Positions 46,680 to 55,608 of a stretch of 64,000 nucleotides of DNA are shown piece by piece. Below the pieces are notes generated by a model, which was not told the origin of the DNA, did no database searches, and was given only the letters and a program-made list of their open reading frames with translations. Source of the DNA: an uncultured Gammaproteobacteria bacterium (GTDB lineage Bacteria; Patescibacteriota; Patescibacteriia; UBA9934); assembly GCA_964613815.1 (NCBI GenBank), contig CAZTKG010000001.1, positions 136,895-200,894 of the forward strand, in the 5' to 3' direction. Every line of letters starts with the position of its first letter. Position 1 is the first letter of the stretch. Made by a program: the position numbers and the translations under genes.

Positions 46680-47048
46680 TCAGGCGGACAAGTGGTAGAT
46701 GTTGAGGCCGTCGGCGCGCCAGGCGAGGCCGATGAGGCCGCCTCGGTGGAGCATTGCGGCCGCGCCTCCATCGGCGATGATGGTGAGCATGGTGCGGAGC
46801 CCCTCTAGGTAATGGACTCTGTATGGGATCCCCTGAACCCAAGGGATGTCACCACTGAGTATCACGTCCATCCCCCGCTCATTGAACTTGACCCTAATGC
46901 CAGCGGCATAGAATATCACGCCCCAGTCTGTGGTCATGTTACGGAAGATACGCCTGACATTGGCACGGTCGTTCTTGTGAGCCCCCGGGGTTTGGATGAT
47001 TTCGGATGCGTCTTCGCTGGTCACGACGGTGATCTGCTGTACTTTCAT
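46680..47048 (-). CDS. Orphan beta-rich protein (cassette gene; start ATG 47048)
   Basis: SD GGAG; promoter TGGACA-17-TAGTCT; C-terminal LIGLAWRADGLNIYH. Confidence 0.65.
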   Translation of the reverse strand: MKVQQITVVTSEDASEIIQTPGAHKNDRANVRRIFRNMTTDWGVIFYAAGIRVKFNERGMDVILSGDIPWVQGIPYRVHYLEGLRTMLTIIADGGAAAMLHRGGLIGLAWRADGLNIYHLSA

Positions 47049-47130
47049 GATTTCTCCAAGGTGCGCATGCAGACTATCATGCGGACATGGCATTGTCCAT
47101 GCTATTTCCTATCATCAAATCAGACCACTT

Positions 47131-47583
47131 ATGCAAGACCACGAAGCAATTGAAAGCGTTAGCCAGATCACAGACCAACTCTATGTTGGGTCGAGTTTTT
47201 GTTGCCAGACGCATTTTTCGGAGAAGCTTTTGGCATTAGGGATCTCGGCGGATGTTTCGATGCAGCTTGAGAGGATCGACCGAGCTGAGGGGGCGGAGTC
47301 TTACTTGTGGCTGCCAGTGATGGATATGACGGCGCCGAGTCAGGATGTTTTGAAGATTGGAGCGGATCATATCGCGAGCTTGATCGCGCTCGGGCGGAAG
47401 GTGTTTGTGCATTGTCGGAATGGGCATGGACGGGCGCCGACGATGGCGAGCGCGTACCTTGTCAGCACTGGAATGAACGCGGAGGAGGCAATGCATCTTG
47501 TTATGAAAAAGCGGCCCGAGACGCATATGAATGCGGAGCAGCGGGCCGCTGTTGAGGAGTTTGCTGTTCGGTTTTCCGCGTAG
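47131..47583 (+). CDS. Dual-specificity (PTP-family) protein phosphatase (start ATG 47131)
   Basis: SQITDQLYVGS, WLPVMD, VFVHCRNGHGRA (CX5R). Confidence 0.88.
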   Translation: MQDHEAIESVSQITDQLYVGSSFCCQTHFSEKLLALGISADVSMQLERIDRAEGAESYLWLPVMDMTAPSQDVLKIGADHIASLIALGRKVFVHCRNGHGRAPTMASAYLVSTGMNAEEAMHLVMKKRPETHMNAEQRAAVEEFAVRFSA

Positions 47584-47655
47584 TTTGTATCCGTAAACGA
47601 TAAAGCCGCACTCGAGAGTCCGAGTGCGGCTCTTTGAGTGCGGCAAAGATGAGGA

Positions 47656-48147
47656 TCAGGGAGCGAGGACGTCGCAGCCGGTGCCCTCGCAGCCCACGAA
47701 GTTCGAGAGGTTGACGTAGTAGGGCTGCCCGAATACCGGGCGGCTGGCTGTGAACTGGCTCTGCGTGGCCATCTCAGCGCCTACGGTGAGGCGAGCGTCG
47801 GGGATGCTCGTGACCACGCCACGGACGTCTCGAGTCTCGATCCGAAGTTCGATGTACTCGAACGTCGCGATCATGAAGCTCGGGACGCGGTAGGTCGCGA
47901 CCCCGACCTCGGCCATGACCGAGCCGTTCAGGTTGTACATCCCGGTCCAGGGACCGTCGACGGCGTTGATGTCCTTGGTCAGGAGGCGGACGAGCGGGTA
48001 GTCACCGGTCCAGTCCACCATCACGAAGTTGGAGACCAGGAGCGGCTCACCGACTTCGTTCTCCTTGGCGTCTCCCTAGGTGGCGAGCGCGGTGTTCGGG
48101 ATCAGCGTTCCGAGGCCCAGGAGGGCGAGGAAAATCAGGTTGCGCAT
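47656..48147 (-). pseudogene. Secreted orphan protein interrupted by an in-frame TAG at codon 24
   Basis: MRNLIFLALLGLGTLIPNTALAT*GDAKENEVGEPLLVSNFVMVDW...; TAG at 48076..48078; promoter TTGACA-17-TATACA at 48222..48250. Confidence 0.65.
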
Positions 48148-48294
48148 TGGCAAACCCCTGTGATAGTTGTGGTAAAAAAGGTCTGTCGGCTATCCCTGCC
48201 GTAGGGGTACTGAGACATATATGTATAGCACAAAAAATTGCTTTTGTCAATGTGATAACCCTGTTTTGTGTGTCTTTGTTGCGTTTTGAGCTAA

Positions 48295-50010
48295 CTAATC
48301 CACCACACTCCCTCCAAACGCTAACGCGAGGTCGTGGAGGTTTTTTTCGTCTTCTGAGAGTTCGAGGATTGGTTCGATTTTCACGGAGCCCTGCATGACC
48401 TTGCCTACCGCTTCTTCGATGATGTCGAGATGCTTGCGGGCGTTACAGGTTTCGAAGTGAAACGCGTGCGTGAATGAGAGGACAACGACGTTTCCTCGGA
48501 TAGATGTTGGCTTTGCGGACTTGAGGACTAAGGGTAGGGCAACGCTTCTTTTCGCGACCAGCTCGCAGCAGCGGCCCCATTTTGCGGCAAGGTCTTCTGC
48601 GGTGAATTTGGCTAGCGGGGCTTCATCTGTTGTTTTTTTTTGAGGTTCTTCATTCCCGTCCTGAGGAGGGAGAGCTGAGCCGACTGACGGAAGGATCTCT
48701 TCCGACTTCCCCATATCGACCGGTGTGGAGATATCTTGCATTTTGGCCGCGGCCTGAGATCTCTCCGCAGGGTCGAGATAGGAGGCGGGAGTTTGTGTTG
48801 GCGGTGATGACTGCGGCGATCGTGATGGCTGTGCCGCGTGGGGGGAGATCCTTCCGTCGAGGGGGGTATCCCTCGACTCAGGATGGGAGGGAGGCGGAGA
48901 CTGTGTCGGTGATAGCAGCTGTGCTGACCCTTCTTCCTCGCAGAATTCTACAAATGCAATTTCTATTGGGAGCTGTGGGAAGAGCTCGTGTGCCGGTCTT
49001 GATCTTGCGGTGAGCAGGAGGTCGATGAGTTTTCTTGCGCGTGCGGACGGGAGCGCGGTTGCGGATGATTTGAGGTTTGCGAGCGCTTGTTCGTCGTAGC
49101 GTTCTGAAAGGTTGCCTCCGAGGCCGGTGAGCATGACGTCGCGGACGTATTCGATGAGTTCGTCGAGGAGGTGGCGGACGGAGGTACCTGCTGCTGTGGC
49201 CTCGGTGAGCTTGTCGATGGAGGCTTTTGCGTCCGATGTGGCGAGGGTTGTGGTCATTTGTGCAACGAGATCGGCGTGGGTCTTTGGAAGGACAAGCGAG
49301 GCGTCGTCTGTGGATATCTCGTCGAGGCCGAGTGCGAGGACCTGTTCGAGGATGCTTTCTGCGTCTCGGAGGCAGCCTTCTGAAAGGCGGGCGATGGATG
49401 GGTAGACTTCGTCGGCGATCTTGACACCTTCTTTTTCTGACAGCAGCTTTAGGCGACCGATCATGCCTTTCATGGAGATTCTGTGAAAATCAAAACGCTG
49501 ACATCTGGAAAGGATGGTTTGCGGGATTTTGTGGAGCTCGGTTGTGGCGAGGATGAAGATAACGTGTGCTGGAGGTTCTTCGAGGGTTTTGAGGAGGGCG
49601 TTGAACGCTGAGGTTGAAAGCATGTGGACCTCGTCGATGATGAAGACTTTTTTGCGATCTCCGCCTGGAGAGACGCGGGCGGCTTCGATGATGTTTTCTC
49701 GGACGTTGTCGACACCTGTGTGAGACGCGGCGTCGATTTCTGCGACGACCATTGTTCGGCCGTTTGTAATGCCTTCGCAGGACTGGCACGTACCGCAGGG
49801 CTCGTAGCCGTCTTTTAGCTCTCCGCAGTTGACGGCTTTTGCGAGGAGGCGGGCCGTGGTCGTCTTCCCTACTCCGCGCGGGCCGGAGAAAATGTAGGCA
49901 TGAGCGACTTTGTCTTGTTTTATTTGGTTTTGAATGGTTTTGGAGACGTGCTCTTGGCCGCAGACGTCTGCGAATGTTTGTGGGCGGTATTTTCGATAGA
50001 GTGAAGGCAT
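48295..50010 (-). CDS. dnaX: DNA polymerase III subunit gamma/tau (start ATG 50010) with an in-frame nested repeat insertion
   Basis: LYRKYRPQTF, GPRGVGKTT, EIDAAS, IIDEVHML, NALLKTLEEPP, SRCQ. Confidence 0.96.
   Translation of the reverse strand: MPSLYRKYRPQTFADVCGQEHVSKTIQNQIKQDKVAHAYIFSGPRGVGKTTTARLLAKAVNCGELKDGYEPCGTCQSCEGITNGRTMVVAEIDAASHTGVDNVRENIIEAARVSPGGDRKKVFIIDEVHMLSTSAFNALLKTLEEPPAHVIFILATTELHKIPQTILSRCQRFDFHRISMKGMIGRLKLLSEKEGVKIADEVYPSIARLSEGCLRDAESILEQVLALGLDEISTDDASLVLPKTHADLVAQMTTTLATSDAKASIDKLTEATAAGTSVRHLLDELIEYVRDVMLTGLGGNLSERYDEQALANLKSSATALPSARARKLIDLLLTARSRPAHELFPQLPIEIAFVEFCEEEGSAQLLSPTQSPPPSHPESRDTPLDGRISPHAAQPSRSPQSSPPTQTPASYLDPAERSQAAAKMQDISTPVDMGKSEEILPSVGSALPPQDGNEEPQKKTTDEAPLAKFTAEDLAAKWGRCCELVAKRSVALPLVLKSAKPTSIRGNVVVLSFTHAFHFETCNARKHLDIIEEAVGKVMQGSVKIEPILELSEDEKNLHDLALAFGGSVVD
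48654..48888. repeat. Nested element inside dnaX: family B arms enclosing a family A element (48709..48783)
   Basis: TCCCGTCCTGAGG...GACGGAAGGATCTC / CCCCATATCGACC...GGTCGAGATAGGA / GAGATCCTTCCGTC...CTCAGGATGGGA. Confidence 0.88.
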
Positions 50011-50060
50011 AGATGATGGGAGTTTAACATATCCTTCCGCGTCGACCGAGTCTGACATGC

Positions 50061-50186
50061 CTCCCATCCTGAGGAAGGAGAGCGCCAGCCGACGGACGGA
50101 AGGATCTCGTGCCGCGCGGCATGGACGTCGATGTCCGCACGGGATCCTTCCGTCGGGGGCGGCCATCCCCCTCCTCAGGATGGGAG
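50061..50186. repeat. Family B palindromic element, intergenic (126 nt)
   Basis: CTCCCATCCTGAGGA...TCCTCAGGATGGGAG terminal inverted repeats plus an internal GACGGAAGGATC/GATCCTTCCGTC pair. Confidence 0.92.
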
Positions 50187-50261
50187 CTCAGGTATTGACA
50201 CTTCCCTCATCCTCTGCTAGCGTTAGCGCGCTCCTTCCCTCATTCACACCCGGAGAACACT

Positions 50262-50897
50262 TTGGAACCCAAACTCTCTATCTTCGCTCCTCACGCCGAC
50301 AATCGCGATGCACTCTACAGGGTCATCGGCGAACTCGCCAAGGCCGAACCCATCTCTCGCGACAAGATCCGCCTGACCCTCAGCGAGCGCTGCCACCTCC
50401 TCTTCTACCGCATGCACACGCAGGTGAAAGAAGTATCCACGCCCTTCTACCTCATGTGCTTTGGGTCGGGGTCGGAAGAAGCGCTCCAGCAGGCCACCGA
50501 ATCGATTCACGGTGCCGAGATCTGTGCGATGGGCAAGATCCTTGGCGCGCGGTGGCACGAGCTCCGCGGAGCCTTTGCTCTCGAGAGCATCCGCGACATG
50601 GGCATCGCTATCTCGCCGGCATCGCTCAAGTTCCTCGCCAACGATCCCGCAGAACCCGACCGAGACAAGCTCCTTCTGACGGTCCCTGATCTCATCGGAG
50701 GAGACAACGACATCGCCCTCTTCCACGCGCTGGGAATCGCTGAACTCGAGAAGATGTACCCCAACGCCCGCATCGACCAGATCGTCATCCACCGTGGCTT
50801 CGATGGCGTGCCGCGCTCGTGGATCATCCACATGCGCCCGGTTACGCCGATCCAGCGAATCCTTGCGGCACTGGGTCGTGGCCCTGCCGGGAAGTGA
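50262..50897 (+). CDS. Orphan protein (cassette gene)
   Basis: Promoter TTGACA-17-TAGCGT at 50195..50223; SD GGAG before TTG; GC hairpin-T terminator. Confidence 0.65.
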   Translation: MEPKLSIFAPHADNRDALYRVIGELAKAEPISRDKIRLTLSERCHLLFYRMHTQVKEVSTPFYLMCFGSGSEEALQQATESIHGAEICAMGKILGARWHELRGAFALESIRDMGIAISPASLKFLANDPAEPDRDKLLLTVPDLIGGDNDIALFHALGIAELEKMYPNARIDQIVIHRGFDGVPRSWIIHMRPVTPIQRILAALGRGPAGK

Positions 50898-50983
50898 TTC
50901 GGACAGCGTCCGCCCCCCCTCCGGGGGTTTCTTTTTTTTCAAAATCTGCTACGGTCTTAGCGCCCTTTTCACCCGGAGGCCTT

Positions 50984-51631
50984 GTGCCCGTTATCACCCC
51001 TGAAGAAGCCCCCTTCCCTCCCGTGATCTACGTCGTCAATGACGGCCTAGTGCCATTCCCGGATGGATTCACGTCTAATCCGCTCAATGCCATGATCGTA
51101 CCCCATCTGTTTTACTTTTTGGGTCGTTCGGTGCGATATGCAGGTGACGACCCAGTGATCTGTCTTGTCATGACCGACACTTCATTTCTGACGATCATGT
51201 CTGCGATTGCAGCTATTCAGGCACAATTCCATGACACGCCGCTCTTCATCCACGGGCTCCTGTCCATCGCCCCCTCGGGCCAGGATATGTTGGCGGATTT
51301 TGTGTACTTCCCTCGTCACGGCAGTAATGGCGCCTGTCCAGATGTCCCGCCGTCGGTTCTGGCGAAGTTCAAGCTTCTCGTGAACCCAGCGACCGTGGTG
51401 CCGCCCGGCCCCGCTGGACCGGACTGGCATCGACGCGTCAAGCAAGCCGACCGCGTCACTGTGCGGTCGCCCTACAGCGACCCGCTCAAGCATCGCCTCT
51501 TTCTCGACGCGGTCATGGTCGCGCTGAACGGAAGGCCGTTCAACACCCGTCCGCGCCTGGATAGCGTGAACTCGTTCAGACTCCATGCGGCCGGCATGAC
51601 TGCCGACTCCTGGCTCGTTCGGCACGGGTAG
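50984..51631 (+). CDS. Orphan Pro-rich protein (cassette gene; start GTG 50984)
   Basis: SD GGAGG; TGCTACGGT extended -10; terminator after the stop. Confidence 0.6.
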   Translation: MPVITPEEAPFPPVIYVVNDGLVPFPDGFTSNPLNAMIVPHLFYFLGRSVRYAGDDPVICLVMTDTSFLTIMSAIAAIQAQFHDTPLFIHGLLSIAPSGQDMLADFVYFPRHGSNGACPDVPPSVLAKFKLLVNPATVVPPGPAGPDWHRRVKQADRVTVRSPYSDPLKHRLFLDAVMVALNGRPFNTRPRLDSVNSFRLHAAGMTADSWLVRHG

Positions 51632-51728
51632 CGTGCTCAACCTCTTCTGATTTGGAAGGGGATTTTTTATTGACATTAGCCACTGGCCTTGATAGCGTTT
51701 GGTCGCACACTCGCACCTTGGAGATATC

Positions 51729-52253
51729 GTGGTTTTTATTCACAGCGAGCAGTTCCCCCTCCGCACTCGGTCACCTGCCCATGTGTACCCTGCCGACATG
51801 TGCAGCGTCACGGTTGCAAGCTTTGTCGCGAGAGGCGAGAGGCACTACATCGTCGCGCACTCGCAGGATGAGAGGTTTAGCAGCGAGCGCCACTGGGAAG
51901 CGATCATTCGTCAACACACGAGCCTCATTCCCGACCTGGGTACGCCTACCGACTTCAAGTACTTCTTCATGAACCTCGATACCGGAACTACGTACTGCGG
52001 CGAATTTTGGACCCCGGGCGTCCTCGACCATCTCGACCTTCTCCTGAACCGATTGACGCATCGAGCGAGAGGCGATACGCACTTGATCCTCTGTCCGGAT
52101 GTATTCCGTATAGCGCCGCTCGCTGGAGAATTCTTCTTCTTGATGCTCTTGCGTATTCGGAAGCAGGGCCAGTCCTACACCGCCAACCCGACGTGCGAAC
52201 TGTCACGTGGCAATAGCCTCCTTCCTGTGGAATGGGTCGTGACCTGCCACTAG
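51729..52253 (+). CDS. Orphan protein (cassette gene; start GTG 51729)
   Basis: Promoter TTGACA-17-TAGCGT at 51670..51698; SD GGAG; terminator. Confidence 0.6.
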   Translation: MVFIHSEQFPLRTRSPAHVYPADMCSVTVASFVARGERHYIVAHSQDERFSSERHWEAIIRQHTSLIPDLGTPTDFKYFFMNLDTGTTYCGEFWTPGVLDHLDLLLNRLTHRARGDTHLILCPDVFRIAPLAGEFFFLMLLRIRKQGQSYTANPTCELSRGNSLLPVEWVVTCH

Positions 52254-52347
52254 CGCCGCCGCTGTTGGCGGTTTTTTATTTACCCTGATCTTTGACATCC
52301 TTACCTTCCCCTGCTACGATCGCTCCGCCCTTTCAAAGGAGAGCTTC

Positions 52348-52962
52348 ATGACCCCCTCGCCCATTCACACCATCCTGTCCCTCCAGGGGCCCGGTAGATT
52401 GCTTCGCCGTCATCTTCCCGGTGATGACCCCAATTTCCGACGCTTGCTTGCAGAGGGCGCGCGGCTGTACTTCTTGGACTTGGCGGACGGGACTACGAGT
52501 TGCTTCGCGATTTCTGAGTCAGATGCACAGCATCTTGGCAAGACGGTGAGCTCGTTTCTTCATAGCCTTTGCACGTTTGTCTCCAAGCGATACCTGTTCG
52601 TCCCGCCTCTGCCCCGCCATCCTCATGATGACCCCTGCATTCCGAATGGCGACTGTATGTTCGATGAGCTGATCTCCTTTGGACTGACCTTGAGCCCGAT
52701 GTCTGTTCAGCCGATCGTTCCCGAGGAGCGACCTGGCGTGAGCGACCCTCTTGCCGCGTGGCTTGCGGACATTGGCGATGCGCAGCACTTGATTCTGCGG
52801 ATTCCTTGGACGGATGTGGAGAGCGGCAATCCTCAGCACTGGGTTGGGATTGTTTTGCGTCAGCTCGATCGACTGCTCGGGTTCGGCGTTCATGTTCAGC
52901 TCGCTGGGAATTGGGGGGATGATCCTCGATGCCTGCTTCTGAATGTGATTCGGCGTTCGTAG
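52348..52962 (+). CDS. Orphan protein (cassette gene)
   Basis: Promoter TTGACA-17-TACGAT at 52292..52320; SD AAGGAG; terminator ACCACCGA..TCGGTGGT-T. Confidence 0.65.
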   Translation: MTPSPIHTILSLQGPGRLLRRHLPGDDPNFRRLLAEGARLYFLDLADGTTSCFAISESDAQHLGKTVSSFLHSLCTFVSKRYLFVPPLPRHPHDDPCIPNGDCMFDELISFGLTLSPMSVQPIVPEERPGVSDPLAAWLADIGDAQHLILRIPWTDVESGNPQHWVGIVLRQLDRLLGFGVHVQLAGNWGDDPRCLLLNVIRRS

Positions 52963-53004
52963 AGCGCGAAACCACCGAGAGATCGGTGGTGTTTTTTTCG
53001 CCCC

Positions 53005-53075
53005 CCCATCTCGACCTTGTGGAGAGATCTTGCAGTCCTGCCGTGATCAGATCTCTCCACAAGGTCGAGATGGGA
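53005..53075. repeat. Family A palindromic REP-like element
   Basis: Perfect inverted arms CCCATCTCGACCTTGTGGAGAGATCT. Confidence 0.92.
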
Positions 53076-53132
53076 GCGGGGAGATGATGAACATCTTTTG
53101 ACAGTTGAAAAGCGGCCATGTGGCCGCTTTTC

Positions 53133-55607
53133 TTATTTCTTCATCCCCTTCGGAGCCGGAGCCTTCTTTTTCGCTCCTATTCCTGATCGAATCGCGATCT
53201 CGCGTTCCACAAGGTCTCTTGGCTGACCGTAGGTGAGTCTGGACACTTCCTTCAACGCATCTGAAAGCTTCACATTCGGCTCCCCTGGCGGTACGGCCTT
53301 CATCGTAAACGGCCGCTCCTGGGAGTTGTCGATGATCATCTTCACATTCCAGGTAAACATGCCGGTGTTCATGAGGTCATACGGGCTGAATGTCGGCTCG
53401 AAGATCTTTCCAAGCACATCTGTATCCTCTGGCCCCACGCGCGCGACGAACATGGAACCAACGTTTCCAAGTACAGCGTCGCGGATTTCGGTCTTGCCGT
53501 CTTTGACGAGCTGCCCCATGTATTGGTGCGCGAGGACCAACGATAGCCGGTACTTTCGGGCTTCTGATAAGATCGTGGCGATAGATGGCGTAATGAAGTT
53601 CTGGAACTCGTCGATGTAGAGAACAAAGTCTTTTCGGTCTTCTTCTGCCATGTCTGCGCGGCCAAAGGCGGCCATTTGGAGCTTGGCGACGAGGATGAGA
53701 CCGAGGAGGTTTGCGTTGACTTCTCCTGTTTTTCCTTTGGAGAGGTTGACGAGGAGGATCTTGCCTTCGTCCATGATCTCTCGGAAGTTGAAGGCACTCT
53801 TGGTTTGTCCGATGATGTTTCGCATCATCTCGTTTTCGACGAAGCGGCCGACTTTGGATGATAGATACCCCATCATTTCAGACTTTTGATGGTCGCTCGT
53901 GTTTGCCATTTCGTCTTCCCAGAAGCTGCGGACGACCGGGTCTTTGACCTTTGCGATCCACTTGTCCTGGAAGGCTTTGTCGGCGATCATGCGAGGGATT
54001 TCGACGATGGTTCCCGGGTTTTTAACGTCGGCCATGAGCGTGAGCATGTAGTTTCGCATGCTATGTTCGAACATTGGGCCGATCATTTCTGGCGGGAACA
54101 GCATGTAGAAAATGCTGATCATCTCTTGGACGACAAAGTCTCGCATGGCAGCATTTGGCGCTTCGAGCATATTGAGACCCATTGGCCGGTCCATGTCTGA
54201 TGGGTTGAAGTAGATCACGTCGTCGATGCGCTCTTTCGGGATCATGCCCATGAGAGAGTCGACGAGGTCGCCGTGTGGGTCGATGACAGCTACGCCCTTG
54301 CCGGCCTTGATGTCCTGCGCGGCCATATAGCGGACAAAGTAAGACTTACCGGACCCGGTTTTACCGATGACATAAGCATGTCGACGGCGGTCCTTGTCCT
54401 TCATGTAGATCTCGGTCTTTGTGCCGCGGTACTCGTTGAAGCCGATGTGGAGACCCTCTGTTGGGATCGTGGTTGGCGGTGGTTGCACACGGGCGCCGAG
54501 CCATTCGATGTTTGGCGTGTCCATGCTTGGAAGCGGGAGATGCCAGACACTTGCTAGCTCTTCGATGTTTAGTACTGACTTGTATTTTTCATGGAAACGA
54601 CGGTAGACAAAATCCTGAACCAGTCTTGATGTGGAAGACGGGATGTTCTTGCTGAATGCGTTGCCGTATTCGTAGATGTTGTACTGACCATATGCCTGAA
54701 GGACCTGGTTGAGGTTTGCTTCTATGGATTGTGGGCTTTTTCCTGCGACGAGAATGCGAATGTTTACGTCCAAACCAGCCTTACTTGCTTTTGTCTCCAT
54801 GCCTTCCATCATTTTCTGATCTGCCTGACTATGCTTGTGCTCGCGTCGCTGTTGCAGTTCTTGGTCTTGTGATTTCTGTGTTACATGCCAGCCTTTGTAC
54901 CAACGCGTCCCACCTTTTCTCGCCTTGTCGAACGTCATCCCCTTGTTCATATCTTTCACAATGCGCGTCCCATTGTACCGCCAGCGTTTTGGCGCTGATC
55001 GGATGATGTACTGGATAGCTACCCCCTCGCCCTCCGGGATCTTACTTAGAGCGTTTGTTACTGCGTTGAGCGGGTCTCCTTCGATTTCTTTGTATGTTTT
55101 GATTGGGAGACCGTCTAAACGTCGCAGCGTCAAATATCCTCCACCTACCGATCCTGTTGGGGTGAAGATGTTGAAGTCTTCTACTTCTTCGATGTGAGCG
55201 TCTGGATATTGTGCGTGAAGTTGTTGCTCTAGGAATTGCTGCAGGAACTTAGGAACCGTTATGTAGAAATAGATGAGTCCATCTTTACTGACGATTTCTA
55301 GTGCCATCTCGTCTGTGCGACCGTAGAGCCAGGCTTTGATTCCGTACTGTGCCTTGAGGCCTCCGAGGGCTGCGAAGAAGGTTTCTGTTATGGCGATGTC
55401 CTCGTTCATCTGCTGGGCGTTTGATGGGCCCTTAATGTCGTCTGCGTCGCGAATCTTTGGGACGAGTATTTTTAGCGTCACCGTGGAATGCTTACCTGCG
55501 CGGACGCGGACCTGTTTGCGTATGTAGAGGCGTGCGCTAAAAACCACGACGATGATTGCGATGAAGATACCGAATAGTACGGCAAAAAGAGTGATTACAG
55601 CTTCCAT
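53133..55607 (-). CDS. VirD4/TraG-like (HerA-FtsK superfamily) membrane-anchored ATPase
   Basis: N-terminal TM, DRRRHAYVIGKTGSGKS, VIDPHGDL, LYIDEFQNF, LSEARKY, AHQY..QL. Confidence 0.88.
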   Translation of the reverse strand: MEAVITLFAVLFGIFIAIIVVVFSARLYIRKQVRVRAGKHSTVTLKILVPKIRDADDIKGPSNAQQMNEDIAITETFFAALGGLKAQYGIKAWLYGRTDEMALEIVSKDGLIYFYITVPKFLQQFLEQQLHAQYPDAHIEEVEDFNIFTPTGSVGGGYLTLRRLDGLPIKTYKEIEGDPLNAVTNALSKIPEGEGVAIQYIIRSAPKRWRYNGTRIVKDMNKGMTFDKARKGGTRWYKGWHVTQKSQDQELQQRREHKHSQADQKMMEGMETKASKAGLDVNIRILVAGKSPQSIEANLNQVLQAYGQYNIYEYGNAFSKNIPSSTSRLVQDFVYRRFHEKYKSVLNIEELASVWHLPLPSMDTPNIEWLGARVQPPPTTIPTEGLHIGFNEYRGTKTEIYMKDKDRRRHAYVIGKTGSGKSYFVRYMAAQDIKAGKGVAVIDPHGDLVDSLMGMIPKERIDDVIYFNPSDMDRPMGLNMLEAPNAAMRDFVVQEMISIFYMLFPPEMIGPMFEHSMRNYMLTLMADVKNPGTIVEIPRMIADKAFQDKWIAKVKDPVVRSFWEDEMANTSDHQKSEMMGYLSSKVGRFVENEMMRNIIGQTKSAFNFREIMDEGKILLVNLSKGKTGEVNANLLGLILVAKLQMAAFGRADMAEEDRKDFVLYIDEFQNFITPSIATILSEARKYRLSLVLAHQYMGQLVKDGKTEIRDAVLGNVGSMFVARVGPEDTDVLGKIFEPTFSPYDLMNTGMFTWNVKMIIDNSQERPFTMKAVPPGEPNVKLSDALKEVSRLTYGQPRDLVEREIAIRSGIGAKKKAPAPKGMKK

Positions 55608-55608
55608 G

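Noticed and set aside
48076-48078. Genome-wide stop-codon reassignment
   Set aside because: TAG ends rpoD and livF and TGA ends lepA and lepB at expected positions, so code 11 holds; the amber is a local event.
43402-48250. Prophage or integrative island at tRNA-Gln
   Set aside because: A TA pair and orphans follow the tRNA, but no integrase, phage genes or duplicated tRNA 3' end were found in the window.
50011-50166. N-terminal extension of DnaX in the ORF track (likewise for livF, the SprT gene, the DoxX gene and 36893)
   Set aside because: The extensions run through repeats or promoters; family-typical N-termini start at the downstream ATGs.
50244-50942. 232-aa minus-strand ORF (and similar long antisense ORFs at 14639, 16248, 28071, 44696)
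   Set aside because: Antisense shadows of GC-rich genes; promoter, SD and terminator support the opposite strand.
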